Below, in pieces: positions 19,726 through 28,699 of a stretch of DNA of 64,000 nucleotides. The position numbers and the translations under genes are program-made. Below the pieces are notes generated by a model that was given only the letters and a program-made list of their open reading frames with translations, was not told where the DNA came from and did no database searches. Position 1 is the stretch's first letter, and each line of letters opens with the position of its first letter. The stretch is from Thalassobaculaceae bacterium (GTDB lineage Bacteria; Pseudomonadota; Alphaproteobacteria; Thalassobaculales; Thalassobaculaceae). The stretch spans positions 3,578,616-3,642,615 of the forward strand of contig OZ245843.1 in the NCBI GenBank assembly GCA_965228875.1, in the 5' to 3' direction.

Positions 19726-20724
19726 CTATCGCGGCGCGGGTCCGCAGAACCGGGACAGGGTCGCCGGCCCGGCCTCCTCGCCCGAGGGCAGGGGCGCCGA
19801 GGGATCGCGGGTCCAGGCGGCGATGTCGGCCGTCACCATGCCGCCGCCGAGATCGCGGAACAGCATGTGGTAGCCGTCAGCATAGAGCGCCACGCGCCGA
19901 CGCCCGGCCGGGACCCGGTCGAGCATGGCGCAGGTGGGGCGCCGCGGCACCAGTTCGTCGCGGCGCCCGTACAGCACCAGGACCGGGCGCGACAGCTCCG
20001 GCGCCACCCGCTGCGCGGCGTCCATCAGCGCGACGAGGCCGTGCACCGTGTCGACCCTCGGCCGCTTGATGAACAGCGGGTCGCGGGCGAGCGCACGCAG
20101 CATCTCCAGATTGTCGCTCGGCCGGATCCGCAGGCCGCGCGGCTCCAGCGGCAGCCATGGCACGCTGTGGGCCAGGATGTCGAGGCCGAGGGACTGGACC
20201 AGCGGCATCCAGTCCCGGCCCCACACCGCCGGGGCCGAGAGCACCGCGCCGGCAGCCTCGGTGTCGGTCTCGGCCAGGGCCAGCATGGCCACCGCCCCGC
20301 CCATGCTTTCGCCGAGCAGGTAGACCGGTACGCCGGGCGTGTCGGCGCGGACCAGCCGGACCAGCGCCTCGGCGTCGCGGGCCATCCGCGCATGGCCGTG
20401 CCAGTCTCCCGCGCCCGGCGCCTCGCCGAACCCACGCTGATCGGGGGCGAAGACCGTCGTTCCCGCCGCCGCCAGATCCGGGCCGAGCTCCGCGAAGGCA
20501 TTGGAATAGTCACCGAAACCGTGCAGAGCGACCACGGCGGCCAAGGGCCTGCCCGTCGCCCGCCAGATCCGCAGCGGCAGACGGACCCCGTCATCCATCC
20601 GCGCGAACGGCCGCAGCTCCAGGCCGGGCGCACCGGGGTCGTCGCCGGGCGGGGCGATCTGTGGCGCGCAGGCGGCCAGCAGGGCGAGAGCGAAAAGGGC
20701 GAGGAAGCGGCGCGCCGCCGTCAT
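19726..20724 (-). CDS. Lipoprotein alpha/beta hydrolase (lysophospholipase/monoglyceride lipase family)
   Basis: Lipobox LLAAC, LHGFGDY, DQRGFG, GESMGG nucleophile, GYHML. Confidence 0.9.
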   Translation of the reverse strand: MTAARRFLALFALALLAACAPQIAPPGDDPGAPGLELRPFARMDDGVRLPLRIWRATGRPLAAVVALHGFGDYSNAFAELGPDLAAAGTTVFAPDQRGFGEAPGAGDWHGHARMARDAEALVRLVRADTPGVPVYLLGESMGGAVAMLALAETDTEAAGAVLSAPAVWGRDWMPLVQSLGLDILAHSVPWLPLEPRGLRIRPSDNLEMLRALARDPLFIKRPRVDTVHGLVALMDAAQRVAPELSRPVLVLYGRRDELVPRRPTCAMLDRVPAGRRRVALYADGYHMLFRDLGGGMVTADIAAWTRDPSAPLPSGEEAGPATLSRFCGPAPR

Positions 20725-20821
20725 GGACACATCCAGCGTGAGCGAATCCTTGCGGGGACAGCGGTCGTGCGTATCATCCGTCGGTGATGCGAACAAGCGC
20801 GACAGCGCGGAGGACCGGGCC

Positions 20822-21016
20822 ATGACAACGGCGAACACCGATGCGTTCGAGACGATCGAAGTGACGGGACACCGGGTCGCGTGCGACGGCGGCGGCGGCC
20901 CGCTCGGCCACCCCAGGGTCTTCCTCGAGATCCCCGAGGACGAGCACAAGGTGGTGTGTCCCTACTGCTCGCGGACCTACGTGATGGTCGACGCCGCGGA
21001 CGAGCACGCCGCCTGA
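20822..21016 (+). CDS. zf-CHCC zinc-finger protein
   Basis: VACDGGGGPLGHPRVFL...CPYC. Confidence 0.88.
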   Translation: MTTANTDAFETIEVTGHRVACDGGGGPLGHPRVFLEIPEDEHKVVCPYCSRTYVMVDAADEHAA

Positions 21017-21081
21017 CCGGTCGTCCCGGGGCCGTCTCGGCCCTTCCTGATGCTGGCCGGATCCTGGCCGGATCCTGGCGC

Positions 21082-21573
21082 CTAATCCAGTACCCTGGGC
21101 CAGTTGGCGTCGCCGGCTCTGACATTGCCGGGGATATCCTCCGCCCAGGTCTTCTGGACGCTGGCGTTGTAGTTCAGATACAGCTTGCCGTCGTGGATAC
21201 GCCAGTGCTTCGGGTCGCCCTTGGCCGTGTAGCCCTGGGACACCGCCCAGGCGCAGTATCCGCCGTATTGCGGCGCGTACCGCTCGGGAGCGGCGGCGAA
21301 GGCGTCGCGGTTCCCGGCCGACGCGAAGCGCCACGTGGCGCCGTTGTACTCCACCTCGAACTCGGCGCTCCCCTCCACCGGCCGGCCGTCGGTGAAGTAG
21401 GATACCGGATCGTATCCGTTCACCGCCAGGCTCGACAGGAATCCGGTGTAGACCGGGTCCTCGGCGGCGTGGGCGGTGCGTGACACCGGAACCGCCATCA
21501 GCGTGGCGACGATGACAACGGCGACGACGGCGACGATACGGGGAAGTCTGCTCAACGCGGGGAAACCAGCCAT
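21082..21573 (-). CDS. Secreted YHS-domain protein
   Basis: Signal peptide; GYDPVSYF, PQYGGYCAWAV, GKLYLN. Confidence 0.88.
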   Translation of the reverse strand: MAGFPALSRLPRIVAVVAVVIVATLMAVPVSRTAHAAEDPVYTGFLSSLAVNGYDPVSYFTDGRPVEGSAEFEVEYNGATWRFASAGNRDAFAAAPERYAPQYGGYCAWAVSQGYTAKGDPKHWRIHDGKLYLNYNASVQKTWAEDIPGNVRAGDANWPRVLD

Positions 21574-21735
21574 GACCCTGTCCCGGATTATTGGTTAACG
21601 GTTTGCTTGGGATCTCATATGAGCCAGCGCCGCCAGCGAGTCACCATCCGCGAAGACCACGCTTTTTCAAGCCTGCGTGAACCGGAACCGTAAGAAGCGC
21701 TTCATTTTCGCCCCTGGCTCATCCATCGTCGGGTC

Positions 21736-22413
21736 ATGAAACCGTTTTTACTCGCATTGGTGATGCTCGCTCTCCTCGTTCCATCCGGCGCCGCGCGAGC
21801 CGGCGGGCTGCAGCTGGACCCGGGCTCCGACGCGCTGCCGCTGATCCGGCATATCGGTATCGAGGACAGTGGGATCGAGCGCGACCCGGTGCTGCGGCAC
21901 GTGCTCGAACGGTTTCTCGGCGACGCCCGGGACAACCTCCTGGTGCCGAACGGCCGCACGGTCGAGACGGTGCTGGCCGCCTTGGCCAGGCCGGCGCCGG
22001 TACCGCCGCAGTTCATCGCCAACAGATCGATGATGGCGTTCTGGGGATGCAGGGCCCCGGACTGCGGGCTGAAAGCGGCCGTCGTCCTTGATCTTCGCGA
22101 GAACGCCGCGTGCGTGATCCTGCATCGTACCGACCTCGACCCGGCGGAAGTAGTCGCCCCCGCCGCCGCGGATGCCCGACCCGCGACGGCGACCTTCCAC
22201 GCCCAGATGCTCGTCAGCGGCGACGGCCGGAACCGCCGTTGGGTGCTCGACGAATGCCGCCGTGAACTGGTGTACGCGAGCCAGCGGGCTCGGCCTCAGG
22301 GCTACTGGCTGGAACGGGGCGACGTGGTGCTGCGGTCTGGACCAACCTTCCGTGCCGACCCGGGTCCTCCGAAACCTCTCGACCTCTGGGACGGCAGCGA
22401 CCTCAACCAGTAG
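21736..22413 (+). CDS. Secreted hypothetical protein, Ivy-like lysozyme inhibitor candidate (paralogue 1)
   Basis: Signal peptide; WGCRAPDCG loop; shares GxWxERGD...FRxDP...WDG with the next gene. Confidence 0.65.
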   Translation: MKPFLLALVMLALLVPSGAARAGGLQLDPGSDALPLIRHIGIEDSGIERDPVLRHVLERFLGDARDNLLVPNGRTVETVLAALARPAPVPPQFIANRSMMAFWGCRAPDCGLKAAVVLDLRENAACVILHRTDLDPAEVVAPAAADARPATATFHAQMLVSGDGRNRRWVLDECRRELVYASQRARPQGYWLERGDVVLRSGPTFRADPGPPKPLDLWDGSDLNQ

Positions 22414-22432
22414 ACACAGGAGATCGCAGACG

Positions 22433-23104
22433 ATGCCCCTTCGCGCCGCCTTTCTGATCGTCGCGCTTCTGCTGCCGCTTCACACGGCACCGGCAAGAGG
22501 CGACGCACCGTTCCCGGTCGGCCTGCTCGACGCCCTCGCGGGGCGCTCGTCGAATGACGCGGCGTGGGACCCGGCGTTCGAGTACACGCTCAAGCGCTTC
22601 TTCCCGCCCGACGTGCTGTCCGACTATCTCGTCACGCCCGCGCCGGTGTCCTTCGTCCTTAAGGAGGTCATCGCCCTCCCCAGCCGGATCCCCGTCCAGC
22701 TCGCGGCCCGGCAGCGGTTTCTTGTCCTCCACGGCTGCCGCCCGCATGCGTGCATCGACCTGAGGGGGATGATCGTGATCGATCTGGCAACCGGATCGAT
22801 CTGCACCGCTCTGTATCAGTTCGAGACGGATCCGTACCGTTGGGACGGTAACGAGGCGCGGGCCGCCGACAAGCCGACCAGCACGGTCGGCGCGGAGATC
22901 TTCGTTCCGGCCCTGTCGGAGTCGACGCGGGCATTGATCGAGACCTGCGCCGCCAGATTCGCGCTTACGACCCAGCGGCTCGTGCCGAACGGATTCTGGA
23001 TAGAACGAGGGGACATCCGCGCGCGGGTCGCGCCGGACTTCCGGAGCGACCCGGAAATGGCCGGCAGGTTCCGTGTCTGGGACGGGCGCTCCCAGCCGTA
23101 TTGA
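22433..23104 (+). CDS. Secreted hypothetical protein, Ivy-like lysozyme inhibitor candidate (paralogue 2)
   Basis: AGGAG RBS; signal peptide; HGCRPHAC loop resembling Ivy CKPHDC. Confidence 0.68.
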   Translation: MPLRAAFLIVALLLPLHTAPARGDAPFPVGLLDALAGRSSNDAAWDPAFEYTLKRFFPPDVLSDYLVTPAPVSFVLKEVIALPSRIPVQLAARQRFLVLHGCRPHACIDLRGMIVIDLATGSICTALYQFETDPYRWDGNEARAADKPTSTVGAEIFVPALSESTRALIETCAARFALTTQRLVPNGFWIERGDIRARVAPDFRSDPEMAGRFRVWDGRSQPY

Positions 23105-23110
23105 CGGCCG

Positions 23111-23689
23111 TCACCTGATAGCCTTCTCGAGATGGTCGGCTTCGATCCGGCGTCGCCGTCCGTCGGCGTCGCCGAAGTTCCTGAGTTCCCGGACCGCCGC
23201 CTCCCAGTTGCGTCGTGTCATGTGGTCCCAGAACCTCGGGGTGCGGGCGGCAAGGTTCGGCCCGTACTGCCAGGCAACGGATGCGAGGACCGTCTGAGCC
23301 GGCTCCGGCAGGTCCTCGAAGCGGTTCGGGCCCGTCCGCAGATCGGTATCGTAGTTCCGCCTCAAGGGCCCCACGATCTCGATGCGGCCCAAAGCGTTGA
23401 GACGGTCCGCCTCCTGCCGGTCGATCGTCAATTTCTTATTCTCGTTCGCCTTCTCATAACCCGCGAGCAGCTGCGCCGCAGCGACGCCTTTCCTGCCGAG
23501 GAATGGACGCAGCAGGTCGAGGGTTTCCGGCCGAAGGCCTGCCCTCCGAAGGTCGCTCTCGCTCCAATGCCCCAGGTCGATTCCCATGGCAATCGTCACC
23601 CCGGCATTCGGCCTGCCGGGAATGACATAGGCGTCGAGCCGCATCTCCTCCCGCTTCTCGATGAAACCCCAGTCGATCCGATCGGCCAT
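23111..23689 (-). CDS. Pesticin C-terminal-like muramidase (lysozyme fold)
   Basis: IDWGFIEKREE...AYV...GVTIAMGIDLG, AQTVLASVAWQYG, ELRNFGD...RRRIEAD; AAGGAG RBS; no signal peptide. Confidence 0.8.
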   Translation of the reverse strand: MADRIDWGFIEKREEMRLDAYVIPGRPNAGVTIAMGIDLGHWSESDLRRAGLRPETLDLLRPFLGRKGVAAAQLLAGYEKANENKKLTIDRQEADRLNALGRIEIVGPLRRNYDTDLRTGPNRFEDLPEPAQTVLASVAWQYGPNLAARTPRFWDHMTRRNWEAAVRELRNFGDADGRRRRIEADHLEKAIR

Positions 23690-23781
23690 GGCGCGCTCCT
23701 TGGTTCGGGCGCAGCCTGAACGGTCGTCATTTGATTGTCAATTTCCTATTGTAAATTCCTATTTCAATCCCGCGCCCCTGC

Positions 23782-25050
23782 CTATCCGTACGGCCGCACC
23801 ATCAGCCGCTGCGGGCCACGGAAGCTGATCGTCCGCACCCAGTCCTCGTCGAAACCCTCGCCGAGGCGCATGTCCGGAAAGCGCCGTGTCAGGGTCTCGA
23901 GCACGATCTTCAACTGCAGCCGGGCGAGCTGGGCGCCGATGCAGGTGTGAATGCCGACCCCAAACGAGAGGTGGTTGCGGGCGTTGCGCCTCTCCAGGTC
24001 GATGACGTCCGGATCGGCGAATACGGCCTCGTCGCGGTTGGCCGAGGCGAGGGCCAGCAGCAGGTCGCCGCCCTCGGGTATCGTGACCCCGGCGATCTCC
24101 ACCTCCCGCTTCGCCACCCGGCGCCAGTTCACGACGCTGGTGGCGAAGCGCAGCCCCTCCTCCACCGCGTTCAGCACCAGGGCCGGCTCGGCGCAGAGCC
24201 TCTCCCAGGCGTCGCGCTGGCGCAGAAGGGCACGCACGATGTTGGTCGAGGCGTTCGTGGTGGTCTCGTGACCGGCCAGCAGGATCCCGAACACCAGGCA
24301 ATAGACCTCGTTCAGGGTCAGCACCGCGTCGTCACCGTTGCGGATCCGCAACAATGCACTCGGGTAGTCGTCCCGCGGATCGCTGACCCGGGCGTCGACC
24401 AGCGCCTTGCAGTAGTTCCAATAGTCCAGCATCTCCCCGGCGGCGTCGATCTGCTCGCCGTCGGACAGCCGTCCCCAGGTCAACAGCAGCCGGTTGTCGG
24501 CCCAGCGCTTGATGTTCGCCGTGTCGACATCGGGAATACCCATCAGCAGAAAGATCACCCGCGCCGGAAGCTCGTAGGTCATGACCCGGACCAGATCCGT
24601 CTCCGCCTGCCCCTCCAGCCGATCGGCGTACTCCTCGACCAGCGCCCGCACCGCGTCCTGGTAGGACATGAAGCGGCGGGAGTTGAGGAACTGCTTGGCG
24701 ACGTCGCGGATCCGGCCGTGCACCGGCGGATCCGAATTGACCTGCACCGGCTGAACGGTGAACCCGCCGCCGCGCAACAGATCGACCGCCTCCGGCGGCA
24801 GTGCCTTCACCGGTGTCAGCGCGTTGGCGGCCGAGAAACGATCCGGATCACGCAGGATCGCGCGGACGTCGTCGTAGCGGGTCACCACCCAGTAGCCGAT
24901 CTCCGGGGCGTAGAACACCGGCTCCTGCGCCCGCGCGCGGCGGTACAGCGCGTCCATGCCCTCCTGCTCGAAGGCGCGGAATGCGGCTCCGATCGTGGAA
25001 ACCGGCGGTGGCGGGGCGACGGTCCGCGCCTCGGCGACGATCTTGGTCAT
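23782..25050 (-). CDS. Cytochrome P450
   Basis: DPPVH, AGHETT I-helix, EEGLR (ExxR), FGVGIHTCIG heme motif. Confidence 0.95.
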   Translation of the reverse strand: MTKIVAEARTVAPPPPVSTIGAAFRAFEQEGMDALYRRARAQEPVFYAPEIGYWVVTRYDDVRAILRDPDRFSAANALTPVKALPPEAVDLLRGGGFTVQPVQVNSDPPVHGRIRDVAKQFLNSRRFMSYQDAVRALVEEYADRLEGQAETDLVRVMTYELPARVIFLLMGIPDVDTANIKRWADNRLLLTWGRLSDGEQIDAAGEMLDYWNYCKALVDARVSDPRDDYPSALLRIRNGDDAVLTLNEVYCLVFGILLAGHETTTNASTNIVRALLRQRDAWERLCAEPALVLNAVEEGLRFATSVVNWRRVAKREVEIAGVTIPEGGDLLLALASANRDEAVFADPDVIDLERRNARNHLSFGVGIHTCIGAQLARLQLKIVLETLTRRFPDMRLGEGFDEDWVRTISFRGPQRLMVRPYG

Positions 25051-25060
25051 GGCGTTCCTC

Positions 25061-25140
25061 CCGATCCGCCGGTGGGTCGATCCACCGGTTGGCCGATCCA
25101 CCGGTTGGCCGTTCCACCGGTTGGCCGATCCACCGACTGG
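25061..25140. repeat. Five tandem 16-bp repeats (consensus ccgatccaccggttgg)
   Basis: Units at 25061, 25077, 25093, 25109, 25125; no spacers. Confidence 0.9.
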
Positions 25141-25144
25141 CAGA

Positions 25145-25194
25145 ATTGTTGTTTTGACAACAATGCTGCGTCTGCCTTGTTGTTTCGTCAACGA
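25145..25194. promoter_or_regulatory. Two putative MarR operator sites in the divergent P450/MarR promoter
   Basis: Palindrome ATTGTTG-N6-CAACAAT (25145-25164) and related TTGTTGTTTCGTCAACGA (25177-25194). Confidence 0.6.
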
Positions 25195-25262
25195 CAAACC
25201 GCTATCCACGCCGGGACGGCCGGGCGGCGTCCGGCCGGATACGCGGTGTGAAGAGGCGAAGA

Positions 25263-25739
25263 ATGTCCGACCGGCCGACGGGGCCCGGCCCCACCCTCGA
25301 CCTCGGCGAGGCGCCGACCGTCCTGCTGATCTTCGCCGCCAACCGTTTCACCCGGATCTGGTCGCGCTATCTGCAGCGCCACTACGGACTGGCGGCCATC
25401 GAGTGGCGGATGATGGTGATGCTCACAGCCGAGCCCAACATCCCGGTCACCCGCGCCAGTACGGTGATCGACATCGACAAGGCCTCCGTCAGCCGGGCGC
25501 TGGCCCGCCTGGAGGCCAAGGGCATGGCCGAGGCCGACGTGCCGCAGGCGTATCGCCGGCGCCGGCTGTGGCGGCTCACCGCCGACGGTGCGGCGCTGCA
25601 CGACGAGATCCTGGCCATCGCGCTGCGCCGCCAGGCGCGCATCCTGGACGGGCTGGACGACGACGTCGTCCGGCAGTTGAGCGGATCGCTGCGGACCGTG
25701 CTGGACAATCTCGCCGACCTCGAGGTCGAGGATCCCTGA
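25263..25739 (+). CDS. MarR-family transcriptional regulator
   Basis: GLAAIEWRMM, IDKASVSRALARLE wHTH, LTADG. Confidence 0.88.
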   Translation: MSDRPTGPGPTLDLGEAPTVLLIFAANRFTRIWSRYLQRHYGLAAIEWRMMVMLTAEPNIPVTRASTVIDIDKASVSRALARLEAKGMAEADVPQAYRRRRLWRLTADGAALHDEILAIALRRQARILDGLDDDVVRQLSGSLRTVLDNLADLEVEDP

Positions 25740-25856
25740 ACACCGCCACCGCCCGACCCAGGGACGCCGCGACACGGCGGCGGGGCCGGGACCTGTGGCC
25801 TGCCACCCCGCCCTCGGCTAAAGTCGCCGACAGCTCCACCAGCCGCGGAAAGCCCC

Positions 25857-28673
25857 ATGGCCGAGACCGATCCCGACATCCCGCCGCCGGCCGAGCCCGG
25901 TCAGAGCCACCTCTTCCTGGTCGACGGCTCGGGCTACATCTTCCGCGCCTATCACGCCCTGCCGCCGATGACCCGGCCGGACGGCACCCCGGTCAACGCC
26001 GTCTTCGGCTTCTCCAACATGCTGGTCCGGCTGATCGACGATCTGGAAGCCGACCACATGGCGGTGATCTTCGACGCCGCCCGCGTCAGCTTCCGCAACG
26101 AGATCTACCCCGACTACAAGGCCCAGCGCCCCGACGCGCCGGAGGATCTGGTCCCGCAGTTCCCGCTGATCCGCGAGGCCACGCGCGCCTTCAACGCCCC
26201 CTGCATCGAGATGGACGGCTTCGAGGCCGACGACATCATCGCGACCTATGCCCGCCAGGCGAGGGAAAAAGGCTGGCGCGTCACCGTCGTCTCCTCCGAC
26301 AAGGACCTGATGCAGCTGGTTCGCGACGGCGTCGACATGTTCGATCCGATGAAGAACGTCGCGATCGGGCCGGAGCAGGTGGTCGACAAGTTCGGCGTCG
26401 GTCCGGACAAGGTCGTGGACGTCCAGGCCCTGGCCGGCGACAGCGTCGACAACGTGCCCGGCGTGCCCGGCATCGGCATCAAGACGGCCGCCCAGCTGAT
26501 CGGCGAGTTCGGCGACCTCGAAACCCTGCTGGCGGGCGCGGAGACGATCAAACAGCCGAAACGGCGTCAGAACCTGATCGAGCACGCCGAGCTGGCCCGG
26601 ATCTCCAAACAGCTCGTCACCCTGAAGGACGACGTCGACGTCCCGGAAACCCTGGCCGAGCTGGCGGTCAAGGCGATCGACCACGACAAGCTGCTGGCTT
26701 TCCTGCGCGAGCAGAACTTCAAGCGCCTGATCGCCCGCTTCGAGAGCGAGGCCGGTCAGGCCAAGGGCGACAACCCGGCCGAGACGGCGGTGGCCGCGCC
26801 CACCGGCGAGGCCGCCGGCTACGAACTGGTGACGACCATGGAGGCCCTGGCCGGTTGGATCGCCGCCGCCGAAGCCCAGGGCGTGGTGGCGTTCGACACC
26901 GAAACGACCTCGCTGAACGCCATGCGGGCCGAACTGGTCGGCGTATCCCTGGCGCTGTCGCCCGGCCGCGCCTGCTACGTTCCGCTGCGCCATGTCGGCG
27001 CCCAGGCCCAGGGCGAGCTGCTCGGTGCTCCCGGAGCCGACGCGCCCGAACAGGTGCCGTTCGACGACGCCATGGCCGCCCTGAAACGGCTGTTCGAGAG
27101 CCCGGCCGTCCTGAAGGTCGCCCACAACGCCAAGTACGACTGCCTCGTTCTCAGCCGGCCGACCAATGGCGGCATCGCCGTCGCACCGCTCGACGACACC
27201 ATGTGCGCCTCCTACGTGCTGGAGGGCGGGCTGCACGGCCATGGGCTCGACGAGCTGTCGCTGCTCCATTTCGAGCACCGCAACATCAAGTTCGAGGAGG
27301 TCTGCGGCAAGGGCAAGAACCAGATCTCCTTCGCCGAGGTCGGACTGGAGAAGGCGCGCGACTACGCCGCCGAGGACGCCGACATGACCTGGCGCCTGCA
27401 CCAGGTTCTGCGTCCGCGGCTGGTCGACGAGCATATGGCCACGGTCTACGAGACCCTGGAGCGGCCGCTGATTCCGGTCCTGGTCGACATGGAACGCAAC
27501 GGCATCAAGGTGGATCCGCGCATCCTCAACGACATGTCGGCGGATTTCGCCAAGCGCATGGCCGAGCGGGAGGGCGAGATCCACGCGCTCGCCGGCGAGA
27601 CGTTCAACGTCGCCTCGCCCAAACAGCTCGGCGAGATCCTGTTCGACAAGATGGGGCTGTCCGGCGGCAAGAAGGGCAAGACCGGGGCCTACGGCACCGG
27701 CGCCGACGTGCTGGAGGGGCTGGCGGCCCAGGGGGTTGAGTTGGCCGAGAAGGTGCTGGACTACCGCCAGATCTCGAAGCTGAAATCGACCTACACCGAC
27801 TCCCTCGTCGACGACATCAATCCGGAAACGAAACGGGTTCACACCTCGTATTCCATGACCGGGGCGGCCACCGGGCGGCTGTCGTCGAACGACCCGAACC
27901 TGCAGAACATCCCGATCCGAACCGAGGAGGGGCGCAAGATCCGCACCGCCTTCGTCGCCGAGCCCGGCAATCTGCTGCTCTCGGTCGACTACTCCCAGAT
28001 CGAGCTGCGGCTGGTCGCCGACATCGCCGGGCTGGAGACCATGCGCGCCGCCTTCCGCGACGGTATCGACATCCACGCCCAGACCGCGTCGGAGGTCTTC
28101 GGCGTGCCGCTGGCGGAGATGACGCCGGAGATCCGGCGCAAGGCCAAGGCGATCAATTTCGGTATCATCTACGGAATCTCGGGCTTCGGCCTGGCGCGCC
28201 AGCTCGGCACCCCCCAGGGCGAGGCGCAGAACTACATCAACGCCTATTTCGAACGCTTCCCCGGCATCCGCGACTACATGGACGAGATGAAGAAGCGGGC
28301 CCACGAGACCGGGTTCGTCGAGACCCGGTTCGGGCGCAAGGTCCACATCAAGGCGGTGCGCGAGAAGAACCCGGCGATGCGGAATTTCGGCGAGCGCGCG
28401 GCGATCAACGCGCCGATCCAGGGAACCGCCGCCGACATCATCAAACGCGCCATGGTCCGCCTGCCGGCGGCGCTGCAGCGCGCCAACTCCAAGGCCCGCA
28501 TGCTGCTGCAGGTCCATGACGAGCTGCTGTTCGAAGTGCCCGAAGCGGAGGTGGAGGCGACCGCGGCGCTGGTCCGCGAGGTGATGGAAGGGGCGGCCGC
28601 CCCGGTCCTGAACCTGTCCGTGCCGCTCGTCGCCGACGCCGGCTGGGGCGAGAGCTGGGCGACGGCTCACTGA
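25857..28673 (+). CDS. polA: DNA polymerase I
   Basis: 5'-3' exo (LVDGSGYIFRAYHA, EADD), 3'-5' exo (FDTET), polymerase DYSQIELR, KAINFGIIYG, QVHDEL. Confidence 0.98.
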   Translation: MAETDPDIPPPAEPGQSHLFLVDGSGYIFRAYHALPPMTRPDGTPVNAVFGFSNMLVRLIDDLEADHMAVIFDAARVSFRNEIYPDYKAQRPDAPEDLVPQFPLIREATRAFNAPCIEMDGFEADDIIATYARQAREKGWRVTVVSSDKDLMQLVRDGVDMFDPMKNVAIGPEQVVDKFGVGPDKVVDVQALAGDSVDNVPGVPGIGIKTAAQLIGEFGDLETLLAGAETIKQPKRRQNLIEHAELARISKQLVTLKDDVDVPETLAELAVKAIDHDKLLAFLREQNFKRLIARFESEAGQAKGDNPAETAVAAPTGEAAGYELVTTMEALAGWIAAAEAQGVVAFDTETTSLNAMRAELVGVSLALSPGRACYVPLRHVGAQAQGELLGAPGADAPEQVPFDDAMAALKRLFESPAVLKVAHNAKYDCLVLSRPTNGGIAVAPLDDTMCASYVLEGGLHGHGLDELSLLHFEHRNIKFEEVCGKGKNQISFAEVGLEKARDYAAEDADMTWRLHQVLRPRLVDEHMATVYETLERPLIPVLVDMERNGIKVDPRILNDMSADFAKRMAEREGEIHALAGETFNVASPKQLGEILFDKMGLSGGKKGKTGAYGTGADVLEGLAAQGVELAEKVLDYRQISKLKSTYTDSLVDDINPETKRVHTSYSMTGAATGRLSSNDPNLQNIPIRTEEGRKIRTAFVAEPGNLLLSVDYSQIELRLVADIAGLETMRAAFRDGIDIHAQTASEVFGVPLAEMTPEIRRKAKAINFGIIYGISGFGLARQLGTPQGEAQNYINAYFERFPGIRDYMDEMKKRAHETGFVETRFGRKVHIKAVREKNPAMRNFGERAAINAPIQGTAADIIKRAMVRLPAALQRANSKARMLLQVHDELLFEVPEAEVEATAALVREVMEGAAAPVLNLSVPLVADAGWGESWATAH

Positions 28674-28699
28674 AGAGACGGCACACTGAGGACGCGACG

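Noticed and set aside
17538..23689. Genomic island or prophage explanation for the accessory genes
   Set aside because: No integrase, tRNA, transposase, phage structural gene or flanking direct repeat is seen, and ordinary conserved genes are interleaved.
25061..25140. Possible mini-CRISPR array
   Set aside because: Contiguous 16-bp units with no unique spacers and no cas genes; a simple tandem repeat.
25818..28670. 950-aa antisense ORF opposite polA (similar cases: 48939-51803 opposite gyrB, 3477-5603, 13759-15918, 37113-39332)
   Set aside because: Shadow ORFs expected from high-GC codon bias; no motifs, and they overlap well-supported genes.
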